Positions 34,730-46,300 of a stretch of DNA of 64,000 bases are shown in pieces. The translations under genes and the position numbers were made by a program. Origin of the DNA: Burkholderiales bacterium (GTDB lineage Bacteria; Pseudomonadota; Gammaproteobacteria; Burkholderiales; SG8-39); the NCBI GenBank assembly GCA_038329645.1, contig JBBQNG010000001.1:5933-69932 (forward strand), given 5' to 3'. Under the pieces are notes generated by a model that did no database searches, had not been told where the DNA came from, and saw only the letters and a list, made by a program, of their open reading frames with translations. The stretch's first letter is position 1. Every line of letters starts with the position of its first letter.

Positions 34730-35704
34730 CGTCAATTCCTGTATCGGTACCGGTACATTTCCCTTGCCTACGCCGGCTTCGTGCGCCTGCTGGTCGGCGT
34801 GGTACGACGAGCGCACCATCGCACCGATCGCCGCGTGCCTGAAGCCCATGCCATTTGCTTCCCGCTCGAACATCGCGAATACATCTGGATGCACATAGCG
34901 CTCGACTGGCAGGTGGTGCGGGCCCGGCTGCAGGTACTGGCCGACGGTGACCATGTCGACACCGTGAGCGCGCAGGTCGCGCATGACCGCGAGGATCTCG
35001 TCGTCAGTCTCGCCCAACCCGACCATCAGGCCCGACTTGGTCGGCACGTCCGGGTAGCGGTGCTTGAATTCCTGCAGGAGGGTGAGCGAATGCTTGTAGT
35101 CGCCCCCGGGGCGTGCCTGCCGATAGAGCCGCGGTACGGTCTCGAGGTTATGGTTCATCACGTCGGGGGGCGCGTTGACCAGGATCCCGAGGGCCCGGTC
35201 GAGCCGCCCGCGGAAGTCCGGGACCAGTACTTCTATCGTGGTCGACGGCGACATTTCCCGCACCGCGCGGATGCAATTGACGAAATGCTGCGCGCCGCCG
35301 TCCTTGAGGTCGTCGCGGTCCACGCTGGTGATCACGACATAGCGTAATTTGAGCTTCGCGATGGATTGCGCCAGGTGGCGAGGCTCGTCGGCATCCGGCG
35401 CGAGCGGGCGGCCGTGGCCGACGTCGCAGAACGGGCAACGACGCGTGCAGATGTCGCCGAGGATCATGAACGTCGCGGTGCCCTTGCCGAAACATTCGCC
35501 GATGTTGGGGCAGGAGGCTTCCTCGCACACGGTGTGCAGGTTCTGCTCGCGCAGGATCTGCTTGATCTCGGCGAAGCGCGAATTCTGGCTTGCCGCCCTG
35601 ACGCGGATCCAGGCGGGCTTCTTGAGCGCCTCTTTCGGGATGATCTTGATCGGGATCCGGGAGGTCTTGGCCTGGCCTTTTTCCTTGACGCCGGCCTCAC
35701 GCAT
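34712..35704 (-). CDS. lipA: lipoyl synthase
   Basis: [13 protein letters not shown] and the radical-SAM motif [10 protein letters not shown] are present. The ATG at 35704 overlaps the lipB end by 8 nt. Confidence 0.93.
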   Translation of the reverse strand: MREAGVKEKGQAKTSRIPIKIIPKEALKKPAWIRVRAASQNSRFAEIKQILREQNLHTVCEEASCPNIGECFGKGTATFMILGDICTRRCPFCDVGHGRPLAPDADEPRHLAQSIAKLKLRYVVITSVDRDDLKDGGAQHFVNCIRAVREMSPSTTIEVLVPDFRGRLDRALGILVNAPPDVMNHNLETVPRLYRQARPGGDYKHSLTLLQEFKHRYPDVPTKSGLMVGLGETDDEILAVMRDLRAHGVDMVTVGQYLQPGPHHLPVERYVHPDVFAMFEREANGMGFRHAAIGAMVRSSYHADQQAHEAGVGKGNVPVPIQELTGDRLL

Positions 35705-36344
35705 GGTGCGCCTCCAGGTGTCCGGCGATGCGGCGGGCGAGCTCGTTACCAAGCGCATCGATGCCGGCGGCGATGCCGAGGTCGCGCGTCTGGGTCACGG
35801 CCAATCCCGGGTAACCGCAAGGATCGATCGCCGCAAACGGGGCAAGGTCCATGTCGACGTTGAGCGCAAGCCCGTGCAGCGCGCGCCCGCGCGAAACGCG
35901 GATGCCGAGCGCCGCCACTTTCGCCCCTCCGACATAAACGCCGGGCGCGCCGGGTTTCCTCGCCGCCGCAACGCCGTGGGCGGCAAGCAGGTCGATGATG
36001 CTTTGCTCGAGCAACTTCACGTATTCGCGCACCTTGATGCCGCGGCGGGCGATGTCCACAAGCGTATACACCACCAGCTGCCCCGGCCCGTGATAGGTGA
36101 CTTCGCCGCCGCGCTCGACGCGCAGCACTTCGATGCCGCTGCCGGCCTTCGGGCCATGCGCGTCATCGGCGCCCTGTCCGAGCGTGTAGACCGGCGGGTG
36201 CTCGAGGAGCCAGAGCTCGTCGGGCGTGTCCTCCGAGCGCTGCGCTGTGAACTGGCGCATCGCGGAAAGAATCTGGGCATAGTCGGCGCCTCCGAGCTTG
36301 CGCACTACCGGCGCGGTCTCGACCGGAGCCGCCAAGGCCAGCAT
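35697..36344 (-). CDS. lipB: octanoyltransferase LipB
   Basis: 215 aa with [30 protein letters not shown] and ...KVAALGIRV. The start shares one base with the ybeD stop (TGATG). Confidence 0.92.
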   Translation of the reverse strand: MLALAAPVETAPVVRKLGGADYAQILSAMRQFTAQRSEDTPDELWLLEHPPVYTLGQGADDAHGPKAGSGIEVLRVERGGEVTYHGPGQLVVYTLVDIARRGIKVREYVKLLEQSIIDLLAAHGVAAARKPGAPGVYVGGAKVAALGIRVSRGRALHGLALNVDMDLAPFAAIDPCGYPGLAVTQTRDLGIAAGIDALGNELARRIAGHLEAHHA

Positions 36345-36628
36345 CAGAGCACCATCACCACGGCCGGGTGGTCGCAGAGCTCCCGGTAGAGTGCATCTAG
36401 CTGGTCGCGCGATGTGGCCTGGATAGTCACCGTAATACCGAGGTACTTGCCTTTGCGGCTGGGGCGCATCTCCATCGTCTTCGGATCGAAGTCCGGCGAG
36501 TGGCGCAGGACGATCTCCATCACGCCCTGCGCGAAGTTGCCCTCGCGGCGGCCCATGACCTTGATCGGGAACTCGGTCGGGAACGCGAGCAGGGACTCGC
36601 GCTTGATGAAGTCCGCTTCGCCGTCCAC
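36344..36628 (-). CDS. ybeD: DUF493 (YbeD-like) protein
   Basis: FPTEFPIKVMGRREGNFAQGVMEIVLRHSPDFD...LGITVTIQATSRDQLDALYRELCDHPAVVMVL. I propose GTG at 36628, 6 nt after the dat stop. The ORF-track N-terminus overlaps dat out of frame. Confidence 0.75.
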   Translation of the reverse strand: MDGEADFIKRESLLAFPTEFPIKVMGRREGNFAQGVMEIVLRHSPDFDPKTMEMRPSRKGKYLGITVTIQATSRDQLDALYRELCDHPAVVMVL

Positions 36629-36633
36629 GGCGT

Positions 36634-37503
36634 TCAGGCCGCCCTCGCCTGCTGCTTCGCGCGCATGACCTCGCTCTTGAAATCCTGGTAGAGCTGCCAG
36701 GCCTTGCGGAACACCGGGCCCGGCTTGCCGTTGCCGATCGTCCTGCCGTCGAGGTCGACCACCGCGACGATTTCCTTGGACGACGAGGTCACCCACACTT
36801 CGTCGGCGCCGAACACCTCGGCCTCGCCGATCTCGCGCACTTCCATAGGCAGGTTGCCGCGTTTGACGATGTCGAACACCACGTCGAGCGTAATGCCCGG
36901 CAGGATCAGATTGTCCTTGGGCGGCGTGGCGATCACGCCGTTCTTGACGATGTAGGCGTTCGAGGCCGACGCCTCGGTGAGCCTGCCGTCGCGGAACAGC
37001 AGGGTTTCGATCGCGCCTTCCTCGGCCGAGAGCTGGCGCAACATGCAGTTGCCGATGAGCGAGATGGTCTTCAGGTCGCAGCGGTGCCAGCGGAAATCCG
37101 GGGCGGTGACCGCCTTGGCGCCGTTTTCCACGATCTCCTTCGACGGGTTCACGAGCGGATTGGACATCATGAACACCGTGGGCGTGACGCCCTTCGGGAA
37201 GGCATGGTCGCGCTTGGCCACGCCGCGCGTGATCTGCCAGTAGACGCCCTGGTCGTCGAACGGCTGTTTCTCGATCACCTGCTCGATGATCCTGGTCCAC
37301 TCCGCGCGCGTATACGGATTGGTTATCTTCACCTCGGACAAGCTGCGCTCCATGCGCGCGAGGTGCCCTTCTAGCCGGAACGGCGCGCGCGAATATACGG
37401 GGACCAGCTCGTAGATGCCGTCACCGAAAATGAAGCCGCGGTCGAGCACCGGGACGGTGGCCTCTTCCATCGGCATGAACTTGCCGTTCAGGAAAACTGT
37501 CAT
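36634..37503 (-). CDS. D-amino-acid aminotransferase (class IV aminotransferase)
   Basis: MTVFLNGKFMPMEEATVPVLDRGFIFGDGIYELVPVY.. and ...LPGITLDVV... are present. It has the conserved position between dac and ybeD-lipB. ATG 37503 is preferred; ATG 37527 is possible. Confidence 0.85.
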   Translation of the reverse strand: MTVFLNGKFMPMEEATVPVLDRGFIFGDGIYELVPVYSRAPFRLEGHLARMERSLSEVKITNPYTRAEWTRIIEQVIEKQPFDDQGVYWQITRGVAKRDHAFPKGVTPTVFMMSNPLVNPSKEIVENGAKAVTAPDFRWHRCDLKTISLIGNCMLRQLSAEEGAIETLLFRDGRLTEASASNAYIVKNGVIATPPKDNLILPGITLDVVFDIVKRGNLPMEVREIGEAEVFGADEVWVTSSSKEIVAVVDLDGRTIGNGKPGPVFRKAWQLYQDFKSEVMRAKQQARAA

Positions 37504-37514
37504 GGGGGTCTCGC

Positions 37515-38636
37515 CTACTTTATCCATAGCCTGAGTGTATCCCAGGCGCGCCCGAAAACGCCCGCGACGCCCACCGACTCAAGAGCCAGCACGGGGTACT
37601 CGCCCACCGCCTTGCCGTCGAGCGTCACCCGCATGATCCCGATCTTCTGGCCCTGGCTGACCGGCGCCACGAGCGGCTGCTGGGCGAGCAGGTCGGCCTT
37701 GAGCTTGTCCGCCTGTCCCTTGGGTACGGTGACGTACATGTCGTCCGCAAAGCCGGCCTTGACCTCGCGGGCCGTGCCCTTCCAGACCTCGATCGATTTC
37801 ACCGGCTGGGACTTGTCGTACAGCTTCACGCCGTCGAAGAACTGAAATCCCCAGTTGAGCAGCTTTTGCGACTCCTGGATGCGCGTGCTCTCCGACGTCG
37901 ACCCCAGCAGGACGGACATCACACGGCGCGGCCCGCGCTTGGACGAAGCGACCAGGCAGTAACCCGCAGCTTCCGTGTAGCCCGTTTTCATTCCGTCGAC
38001 CGTGGGGTCGAGCCAGAGCAGGCGGTTGCGGTTCATCTGCGTGATGTTGTTGTAGCGGAATTCCTTCATCGAATAGTAAGTCGAGTACTCGGCGGGAAAG
38101 TCACGGATCAGCGCCGAGGCCAGCAGGTACATGTCGCGCGCGGAGCTGTAGTGCTGCGGATGAGGCAAGCCGTTGGAATTCATGAAATTGGAATTCGTCA
38201 TGCCCAGGCGCTGCGCCTCACGGTTCATCATCTGCGCGAACACGTCCTCCGATCCGCCGATCGCTTCGGCCAGCGCGATGCACGCGTCGTTGCCCGACTG
38301 GACGATCATCCCGCGGATGAGCTCGTCCACGGTCACAGGCTGCTTGAGGTCGATGAACATGCGCGACCCCGTGGCCCGCCACGCTTTCTCCGACACCGGG
38401 ACGGTCCTGTCCAGCGTCAGCTTCTTGTCCTTGAGCGCCTGGAACACGAGGTAGGCGGTCATGATCTTGGTCAGCGACGCCGGCTCGAACCGGTCGTCGG
38501 GCTTCTCGCTGGCGAGGATCTGACCGCTCGTTATGTCGGCCACGATGTAGGCCTTGCCGATCACCGCCGGCGGCGACTGGGCGGGCGCAAGAGAAATCCA
38601 TGAAGCGAGAAACAGGGTTGCAACGGCGCGCAGCAT
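37515..38636 (-). CDS. D-alanyl-D-alanine carboxypeptidase (PBP5/6 family)
   Basis: Signal peptide from ATG 38636. SxxK (ASLTKIM), SGN (VQSGNDA) and KTG (MKTGYT) motifs are present, plus a C-terminal PBP5_C-like domain. Confidence 0.9.
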   Translation of the reverse strand: MLRAVATLFLASWISLAPAQSPPAVIGKAYIVADITSGQILASEKPDDRFEPASLTKIMTAYLVFQALKDKKLTLDRTVPVSEKAWRATGSRMFIDLKQPVTVDELIRGMIVQSGNDACIALAEAIGGSEDVFAQMMNREAQRLGMTNSNFMNSNGLPHPQHYSSARDMYLLASALIRDFPAEYSTYYSMKEFRYNNITQMNRNRLLWLDPTVDGMKTGYTEAAGYCLVASSKRGPRRVMSVLLGSTSESTRIQESQKLLNWGFQFFDGVKLYDKSQPVKSIEVWKGTAREVKAGFADDMYVTVPKGQADKLKADLLAQQPLVAPVSQGQKIGIMRVTLDGKAVGEYPVLALESVGVAGVFGRAWDTLRLWIK

Positions 38637-38675
38637 TGGGACCTTGGATTGGGAAGAGAAAGGATCGCGGGCAAC

Positions 38676-38696
38676 CGGGGCGGCGCGGCCGCCCCG
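38676..38696 (-). terminator. GC-rich perfect 9-bp stem-loop between rlpA and dac (attenuator/terminator candidate)
   Basis: CGGGGCGGC-GCG-GCCGCCCCG lies 6 nt after the rlpA stop. Only a moderately U-rich tract follows downstream. Confidence 0.3.
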
Positions 38697-38701
38697 ACGA
38701 A

Positions 38702-39607
38702 TCATCTGACCAGGACTACAGGCTGCAGGTTCAACTCGGCACGGATGCGCTCCGCCATCTGGCGCGCGTCCTCCGGGTTGCGGTAGGGGCCCAGCTGCAG
38801 GCGGAAAATCCCGCCCAGCGCGTTCACCTGCATCGGATCGGTGAGCCAGGCAAGTTCCTTGTAGATCTTTGCCCGGAACAGCTCTGCGTTGTCGCGCACG
38901 GAAAAAGCACCGAGCTGGAGGTAAACCCCCCCGGCATCCGCGCTCACCGGAAGGGGTGCCGCCTGCTGCGCCGGCGCAGGCAGCGGCGCGGCTGGCGTCC
39001 GCTGCGCGCGAGCCGACACAACCTGGACGCTCTCGGCCGTCACGCTCTCCACGTCGACCAGCGCGCTGCCGGCCTGCACGTAACCCAGCTTGTATGCGGC
39101 AACGTACGACAGGTCGATCACCCGGTCGGAATGGAAGGGCCCGCGATCGTTGACGCGCACCACGACAGTCCTGCCGTTGGCCACGTTGGTTACGCGCACA
39201 TAGCTTGGGATGGGCAGGATCGGATGGGCCGCGGTCATCGCATACATGTCGTAGGTCTCGCCGCTCGAGGTCTTTTGCCCGTGATAACGCCGGCCGTACC
39301 AGCTGGCGACGCCGCGCTCCCTGAAGTCGCTGCCTGCCCGTACCGGCACATAGTCCTTCCCGAAGACCTGGTACGGATTGTTGGCGAAACGGTGCAGGCG
39401 CTCGGCCCTGGGCTGGGCGTCGGGAATCCGGTCCAGGTCAGGCGGGTTTTCGCCGGGGCCGTCGTCCTTGTAATAGCCCCCGCCCTTGATCGGCGTGCGC
39501 GCCGTGGCCTGCGAAGGTTCGGAAGCGCTGCGCGGCGGGGCCGACGAGCACGCCGCCAGCATCACGGAAACGCAAACCGAAAACAGGACGGGGAGTACGC
39601 GCGACAT
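38702..39607 (-). CDS. rlpA: septal ring lytic transglycosylase RlpA (DPBB + SPOR)
   Basis: It has a lipobox VMLAACS, a DPBB region GVASWYGRRYHGQKTSSGETYDMYAMTAAHPILPIPSYVRVTNVANGRTVVVRVNDRGPF, and a C-terminal SPOR-like YLQLGAFS...RLQLGPY. Confidence 0.9.
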   Translation of the reverse strand: MSRVLPVLFSVCVSVMLAACSSAPPRSASEPSQATARTPIKGGGYYKDDGPGENPPDLDRIPDAQPRAERLHRFANNPYQVFGKDYVPVRAGSDFRERGVASWYGRRYHGQKTSSGETYDMYAMTAAHPILPIPSYVRVTNVANGRTVVVRVNDRGPFHSDRVIDLSYVAAYKLGYVQAGSALVDVESVTAESVQVVSARAQRTPAAPLPAPAQQAAPLPVSADAGGVYLQLGAFSVRDNAELFRAKIYKELAWLTDPMQVNALGGIFRLQLGPYRNPEDARQMAERIRAELNLQPVVLVR

Positions 39608-39609
39608 CG

Positions 39610-40893
39610 CTACTTTGGCAAATTGCTATAGACAACGTTCCCGTCCACCAGCGTATAACGTACGCGCCCGGTGAGCTCGTAGCCCATGAACGGCGTGTTC
39701 TTCCCCTGGCTCTTCAACGCAGCCGGGACGATGTGGAAGGGCGCGGCGGCGTCGAACAACGCGAGGTCGGCGGGCGCCCCCACCTCAATGCGGCCGGATT
39801 TGACCCCGAGCACGCGCGCCGCATCGCTGGTGACCTTGGCAAGAGCTTTCGCCAGCGGTATCTTCGCCTCCGCCGCCCACTTAAGGGTCAGCGGCAACAG
39901 CAGCTCGAGCCCGGTGGCGCCGACTTCGGATTCGCTGAACGGCATCTGCTTCGCGTCCTCGTCCACGGGCGTATGGTCCGAGCAGATCAGGTCGATGGTG
40001 CCGTCAGCCAGGCCCGCACGCAGCGCATCGCGATCGCGCAGGCTGCGAAGCGGCGGCACCAGGTGGCAGTGCGCATCGAAATAGCCCAAATCCATTTCCG
40101 ACAGGTGCACGTGGTGGATACCTACGTCGCAAGTGACCGGCAGCTTCTCGGCCTTGGCCCTGCGGATCATCTCCACTGCGCCTGCGGTCGAAATGCGGCA
40201 CACATGCAGGCGCGTGCCGGTTGCGCGCACGAGCTCCAACAACCTGCCCAGCGCGATCGTCTCGGCCATCGCGGGGATCCCGGGCAGGCCCAGGCGGGTG
40301 GCGACTTCGCCGTCGTGCGCCACGCCGTCCCTGGCAAGGGAAAGATCCTCGGCGCGCAGCCATACGGCGAACCCGAAGGTACCGGCGTACTGCAGGGCGC
40401 GCCAAAGGACCTGCGTATCGTCGAGAGGGACATTCGCCTGCGAAAAGGCCACGCAGCCGGATTCGGCGAGCTCCGCCATCTCGGTCAGGCGCTCGCCGGC
40501 CAGCTTTACCGTCAGCGCCCCGATCGGGTAAAGGCGAGCGTGCGAGAGCGAGCGTGCGCGCCGGCGCAGCATGTCGACCAGGCCCGGCTCATCCAGTGGC
40601 GGGTCGGTGTCCGGCGGGCAGGCCACGCTCGTGACCCCGCCGGCGATGGCTGCCTCCATCTCCGATTCCAACGTAGCTTTGTACTCGAACCCCGGCTCGC
40701 GAAGGCGTGCACAGATATCCACCAGGCCCGGTGCGACGACGAGCCCTTTCGCGTCGATGACCTTGTCGGCCTTGGCGTCCTTCGCGGCAGCATCGAGCGA
40801 TGCGATGCGCTCGCCGTCGATGAGCACGTCGCCGATCGCGTCCCTTCCGCTCGCCGGGTCGATCACGCGACCTCCTTTGATGAGCACGCGCAT
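39610..40893 (-). CDS. dihydroorotase-like protein PyrC' (non-catalytic ATCase partner)
   Basis: 427 aa with an amidohydrolase fold immediately after pyrB (ATGA overlap). The metal-binding DxHxH reads D-I-C-A-R (GLVDICARLREPG, nt 40719-40705). Confidence 0.8.
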   Translation of the reverse strand: MRVLIKGGRVIDPASGRDAIGDVLIDGERIASLDAAAKDAKADKVIDAKGLVVAPGLVDICARLREPGFEYKATLESEMEAAIAGGVTSVACPPDTDPPLDEPGLVDMLRRRARSLSHARLYPIGALTVKLAGERLTEMAELAESGCVAFSQANVPLDDTQVLWRALQYAGTFGFAVWLRAEDLSLARDGVAHDGEVATRLGLPGIPAMAETIALGRLLELVRATGTRLHVCRISTAGAVEMIRRAKAEKLPVTCDVGIHHVHLSEMDLGYFDAHCHLVPPLRSLRDRDALRAGLADGTIDLICSDHTPVDEDAKQMPFSESEVGATGLELLLPLTLKWAAEAKIPLAKALAKVTSDAARVLGVKSGRIEVGAPADLALFDAAAPFHIVPAALKSQGKNTPFMGYELTGRVRYTLVDGNVVYSNLPK

Positions 40894-41840
40894 CAGTTCC
40901 CCGCGATGATGCTCATGACCGCCATGCGCACGGCTATCCCGAAGGTGACCTGCGGCAGGATCACGGAGTGCGGGCCGTCGGCGACCGAGGAGTCGATCTC
41001 CACGCCGCGGTTCATCGGCCCGGGATGCATGACGATCGCATCGGGCCTGGCGAGGGCCAGCTTTTCGGCGCTCAGACCGTAGTGCTTGTTGAATTCCTGC
41101 GCGCTCGGCAGCAAGGCACCGCGCATGCGCTCGTTCTGCAGGCGCAGCATGACGACGACATCCGCGCCGGCGAGGCCCTTCTTCATGTCGTGGAAGACCT
41201 TCACGCCGAGACTTTCCACACCCATGGGCAACAGCGTCTGCGGCGCTATCACCCTCACTTCCGGCGCGCCCAGGGTCGTCAGGCCATGGATGAGCGAGCG
41301 CGCGACGCGCGAGTGGAGGATGTCGCCGACGATCGCCACCGTGAGCTGGGTGAAATCCTTCTTGTAGTGGCGGATCGTGTAAAGGTCGAGCAGGCCCTGC
41401 GTCGGATGCGCGTGCCTGCCGTCGCCTGCGTTTACCACGTGCTCGTGCGGCTTCACGTTGCGCGCAATCAGGTAGGGCGCCCCCGAGGCCACATGGCGGA
41501 CGATGAAAATGTCGGCCTGCATCGCCGAAAGGTTGGCCACCGTGTCGAGGAGCGACTCCCCCTTGGTCTGCGAGGAGGCCGCGATGTTGAGGTTGATGAC
41601 GTCCGCGGAGAGCCGCTTGGCGGCGATCTCGAATGTCGTCCGCGTCCGGGTCGACGCTTCGAAGAACAGGTTGAAAACGCTCTTGCCGCGCAGGATCGGG
41701 ACTTTCTTCACTTCGCGCTCGGTTACGCCGACGAACGAATCGGCGGTGTCGAGGATCTGGTCGAGCACGGCGCGCGGCAGTCCCTCGATGGAAAGCAGGT
41801 GCTGCAGCTCGCCCGCGGCATTGAGCTGAGGGTTATGCAT
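40893..41840 (-). CDS. pyrB: aspartate carbamoyltransferase catalytic subunit
   Basis: ATG at 41840 ([21 protein letters not shown]). [22 protein letters not shown] and [11 protein letters not shown] motifs are present. Confidence 0.93.
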   Translation of the reverse strand: MHNPQLNAAGELQHLLSIEGLPRAVLDQILDTADSFVGVTEREVKKVPILRGKSVFNLFFEASTRTRTTFEIAAKRLSADVINLNIAASSQTKGESLLDTVANLSAMQADIFIVRHVASGAPYLIARNVKPHEHVVNAGDGRHAHPTQGLLDLYTIRHYKKDFTQLTVAIVGDILHSRVARSLIHGLTTLGAPEVRVIAPQTLLPMGVESLGVKVFHDMKKGLAGADVVVMLRLQNERMRGALLPSAQEFNKHYGLSAEKLALARPDAIVMHPGPMNRGVEIDSSVADGPHSVILPQVTFGIAVRMAVMSIIAGN

Positions 41841-42324
41841 CCTCGATCTCCAGCCTGAGGCGGCCGCCGTCATCGCGCTTCATGCGCAGGCGGCGGCCTT
41901 CGGGCACTTCGACCTTGGTGCCGCAGAACTGCGCACTGATCGGCAGCTGCCGGCCGCCGCGGTCGGCGAGCACTACCAGCGAGATGCTCGCCGGGCGTCC
42001 ATAGTCGAACAGCTCGTTCATTGCGGCGCGCACGGTGCGGCCGGTGTAGAGGATGTCATCCACCAGCAGCAGGTCGCGCCCTTCGACCTCGAACCCGATG
42101 CGCGTGCGCTTGGGATCGTGGTGCAGGCCCTGCTTGTGGTAGTCGTCGCGGTAGAACGCGATATCCATGAGGCCCAGCGGCGTGGACAACCCGAGACGCG
42201 GATGCAGCTTCTCGGCCAGCCACGCCCCGCCCGTGTAAAGCCCGATCATGGCCGTAGTGGGTTTCACGAGCGGCTTGAGCTCAGCGACCAGCTTTGCGCA
42301 GAGGGCTTCGGCGTCAGGCAGCAT
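41833..42324 (-). CDS. pyrR: bifunctional pyrimidine operon regulator / uracil phosphoribosyltransferase PyrR
   Basis: 163 aa with the PRPP-binding motif [17 protein letters not shown]. Confidence 0.9.
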   Translation of the reverse strand: MLPDAEALCAKLVAELKPLVKPTTAMIGLYTGGAWLAEKLHPRLGLSTPLGLMDIAFYRDDYHKQGLHHDPKRTRIGFEVEGRDLLLVDDILYTGRTVRAAMNELFDYGRPASISLVVLADRGGRQLPISAQFCGTKVEVPEGRRLRMKRDDGGRLRLEIEDA

Positions 42325-42754
42325 GGTCGTGGAAGTATTGCTGCAGGATCAGCTGCGCGGCGGCCGAGTCGTTGTGCTTTTCCCGCGCTGCCCGGCTTGC
42401 GCCCGCATCGCGCAATCCCGCATCGGCATCGACGGACGTGTAGCGCTCATCGACGAGCGTGACCGGCAGGCCGAAACGGCCCTCGAGTTGCCGCGCGAAC
42501 CGTTGCGCGCGACGGGTGAGGTCGTGGGGCGTGCCGTCGGTCGACAGCGGCAGCCCGACGACGAGCTGCTGCGGCTGCCATTCGCCGATCACTTTGGCGA
42601 TCGCGGCAAAGCGCGGTTCGGTTTCCTCGGCCGCGATTTCCCCCAGCGGATGGGCCAGGCCGATGAGGGACTCTCCCACGGCCACGCCGATGCGCTTGGT
42701 GCCGAAATCGAATGCGAGTACGGTGCCTGCGCCTGCCATTACCGCCTCAGGCAT
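42314..42754 (-). CDS. ruvX: Holliday junction resolvase-like nuclease RuvX (YqgF)
   Basis: [16 protein letters not shown]...VVGLPL..DGT......FA..L......[10 protein letters not shown]. The start is ATG 42754 or 42739. The ORF-track N-terminus was rejected. Confidence 0.88.
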   Translation of the reverse strand: MPEAVMAGAGTVLAFDFGTKRIGVAVGESLIGLAHPLGEIAAEETEPRFAAIAKVIGEWQPQQLVVGLPLSTDGTPHDLTRRAQRFARQLEGRFGLPVTLVDERYTSVDADAGLRDAGASRAAREKHNDSAAAQLILQQYFHDHAA

Positions 42755-43310
42755 GACCCGCGTCTTCCGAGAGGCTGGCAAGGTCGATGCCCAGCAGGCC
42801 GAGCGCGGCCGGCAGGCGCTCGTCGGCCGGGGTGTCGAAAAGGATCCTGTCGCCTTCGGCCTCGACCGAGAGCCAGGCGTTCTGCCCGAGCTCGTGCTCG
42901 AGCTGGCCCGCCGACCAGCCCGCATACCCCAGCGTAACGAGCAGGCGCTTGGGCCCTTCGCCACGGCCGACCGCCTCGAGGATGTCCTTCGAGGTGGTGA
43001 GGCCGACCGCGTCGCGCACCTTGAGCGTGGCCTGCCAGCTCCCGGTGGGCTCGTGCAGCACGAACCCGCGGTCGGTCTGCACCGGGCCGCCGAAATAGAT
43101 CGGCGCATCGCCGATGCCGTTGTCGCCGATCGGCAAGGAGAGCCGGTCGAACAGCGAACGCAGGGTCATGTCGATCGGGCGGTTCACCACCACGCCCAGA
43201 GCCCCCTGGTCGTTGTGCTCGCAGATATAGGTCAGGGTCCGGGTGAAATACGGATCGGCCATGGCCGGCATGGCGATCAGGAAGTGATGGGTCAGATTGA
43301 TCGAGGACAT
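42747..43310 (-). CDS. yqgE: YqgE/AlgH family protein (UPF0301)
   Basis: 187 aa with [39 protein letters not shown] and ...[16 protein letters not shown]. Confidence 0.88.
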   Translation of the reverse strand: MSSINLTHHFLIAMPAMADPYFTRTLTYICEHNDQGALGVVVNRPIDMTLRSLFDRLSLPIGDNGIGDAPIYFGGPVQTDRGFVLHEPTGSWQATLKVRDAVGLTTSKDILEAVGRGEGPKRLLVTLGYAGWSAGQLEHELGQNAWLSVEAEGDRILFDTPADERLPAALGLLGIDLASLSEDAGHA

Positions 43311-43376
43311 GTGATCGGTTTCATGCGGCGGGTATTTTACCCGCTCCGGCAGCCGCGTGGCTGGCGCCCCGAAATG

Positions 43377-46300
43377 TCAGCTGCCGGCGATGAATCCCGC
43401 GATATGGCGCAGCAGCTCGTCCTCTTGGTAGGGCTTGCCGAGGAACACGTTGACGCCCAGGCTCAGGGCGTAGTTGCGGTGCTTCTCCGCTGTGCGCGAG
43501 GTGATCATGATGATCGGCACGTTCTTGAACCGGGCATCGGCGCGCACGTTCCGGGTCAGGTCGAACCCGTCCATGCGCGGCATCTCGACGTCAACGAGCA
43601 TCACATCGGGTACCGCCTCGGCCAGAAGCTCCAGAGCCTCCACACCGTCGCGCGCGGTAAACACGCGATAGCCTTCCCGGGCCAGCAGACGGCCGGTGAT
43701 CTTGCGCACGGTGAGCGAATCGTCGACCACCATGATGCGCGGCTGCGCCGGTACCGCTGGCACCTGCACGTGCGGGCTGGTGACCACCTCTCGCGCGGAG
43801 ACCGGACGTGCCGCCAGCGGCACCGGGTTGAGGATCATCACGATCTCGCCCGTGCCGAGGACGGTGGCCCCTGCAATGCCCGGCACCCGCGCCAGCTGCG
43901 GGCCGATGTGCTTCACGACCACTTCCTGATTGCCCAGCATGTCGTCGACTTCGATCGCGACCGCTTCGACGCCGCTGCGTACGAGCAGCACCGGGGTGAA
44001 GCGGCGCGGTTCGAGAGGCAACGCCGTGCCGGGTTCATCGAGCAGGGTGGGCAGGTGATAGAGCGGGTAACGCCGCCCGGCCCACTCGATGGCGCCCGCC
44101 TGCTTGGCGCGCACCAGCAGCTCCTGGCGCATTTGCTGCACCTGCTCAACCATTACGGAGGGTAGAGCGTACGTGCGGCTGCCGACTTTCACGAGCACGG
44201 CCTGGATGACGGCTGTCGTCAGCGGCAGGCGAATGGTGAAGCGTGTGCCGAGCGCCGGCGTGAACGCGAGCTCGATCCGCCCGCCCAACCCGCTCACTTC
44301 GCTCATTACAACGTCCAGGCCCACTCCTCGCCCCGCAAGCTCCGTCACCGATTCCGCAGTCGACAGGCCAGGGGCGAAGACCAGCTCGGCAAGCTGCTGG
44401 TCCGAGCGCGTCTCGTCCGCGCCGAGCAAGCCCTGAGCGATGGCCTTGGCACGGATGCGCGCGAGGTCGAGGCCGGCACCGTCGTCGGCGAGGACCAGCG
44501 TGACCTCGTTGCCCTCCTGGCGCACTTCGAGCGAAATCTCGCCCATCGCCGGCTTGCCTTGCGCCACCCGCATCTCAGGATTCTCGATGCCATGGGCGAT
44601 CGAATTACGCAGCAAATGTTCCAGCGGCCCCGTGATGCGCTCGAGCGCCGAACGGTCGAGCTCTACGTTGACGCCACGGATATCCAGGTTCGCGCGCTTG
44701 CCGAGCTCCTTGGAGGCCTGCCGCACGATGCGGTGAAGGCGTTCGACGATCGAGCCGATCGGGACCATGCGGATGCGCATCAGGTCCTGCTGCAGCTCCC
44801 GGTTGAGGCGTGCCTGGGCAGCTAGCGCGGAATCGGTGTCGTCGGCCACCTTGTTGAGCGTCTGCTGCACCGTCGAGACGTCGTTGACGCTCTCGGCCAT
44901 CATGCGCGTGAGTTCCTGGAAGCGCGTGAAGCGGTCGAATTCGAGCGGATCGAACTGGCGGTCCTTTTCCTGTGTCGCGTGCATGCGGGAGGCGAGCTGC
45001 GACTCGGCGGCGATCTCGATTTCGCGCAGCTCCCGCCGCAGCCGCGCCACGTTCTCGGTGAGCTCCACCAGCGCCGTTTTCAGGCCATGCATTTCCGTTT
45101 CGACCCGCGAGCGCGCGATGGCGATTTCGCCGGCTTCGTTGACCAGCTTTTCCAGCACATCGGCGCGCACGCGCATCATCGCGTGGACTTTCGCCTCCTC
45201 GCGCGGAAGGACCGGTTCGACCGGCGGCGCGGCGGCGGAGGCGACCGGCGTTGCGGGCCGCACGGAAGGGGCGGTTTCCTCCTGCGGCTGCTGCACCCTT
45301 TCGAGCAGCAATCCCATGCGATCGTACGAAGTCTCGAGGTCGTCGAAAAACTGGCCCGGCGTGAGGTTAAGGGCGATCGCGTTTTCGACGCGGGTCTCCA
45401 TGTTGTGGGTGAGCTCGCCCAATCCCATGACGCCGGCCATCCGCGCGCTGCCTTTGAGCGTGTGGAGGGCGCGCTGGAGCGCGCGTGCCGCTTCGAACCC
45501 GGTGGGTTCGGCGCGCCAGGTGCGCAGCAGCTCCCCGATATGTGGAACCAGCTCGCCGGCCTCCTCGAGGAATATCGGCAGGAGCTGGTGATCGATCTCG
45601 TCCTCGAGCCGCCGCTGGCGGCGCTCTTCCGGCTCGTCGCCGGCCAGCGCTTCCTCCAACGAGCTCGCGGCTCTGGGCTCAGCTGCCGTTGGCGTGGCTT
45701 CCTCGTCGTCCGGAGCCGCGAGCCTGGCGGCTTCTCCCGTGATCGCACCCAGACGCGCGATCAGCTTGGTCGCCGCGCCGGGCACGGCTCGCTCGAGGAC
45801 CCCTTCGTACATCATCTTCAGCGCCTGCACGCTGTCGTGCGCGAGCGAGAGTTCCTCGGGTGCGATGCCGGTGGCGCGGTTCTTGAGGCGCAACAGGGCG
45901 CCCTCGAAAGCCCCGCCCAGGTCGTGCATCGCGTTCACTTGCACCGTGCCGCAGATGCCGGCAAGCGTGTGCGCCGCTCGCACCAGCTCCTCGCGAACGC
46001 CGACCGTCCGGCCTGCGGCCGCCTGCGCGATCTCCCTTTCGAGAGTCTCGAGATGCTGGCGGGCTTCGTTCGCGAACACGGTGAAAAGCGAAGCTGAAAT
46101 GACCAGCCCACCGATCCTTACCGTGTCCTCGGCAGCGATGCTTTCCGCGGGCAACACGTCCTGCAGGGGCGCCTTTGGCGCGGGGACCGGTGGTGTCACG
46201 GGTACGGGCGCCAACAGCGGCGCCTCGCTGCGGCGTACCGCGTCGGCCCGGTCGATGATCGGCTGGGGATCCGGCTGCGGCTCTCCCGCCTGCAGGCGGG

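Noticed and set aside
43328-43344. GCGGGTA-TTT-TACCCGC perfect 7-bp hairpin between chpA and yqgE
   Set aside because: It is real as a structure but short, and it is followed by no U-tract on the transcribed (minus) strand. Its function cannot be determined, so I did not list it as a terminator.
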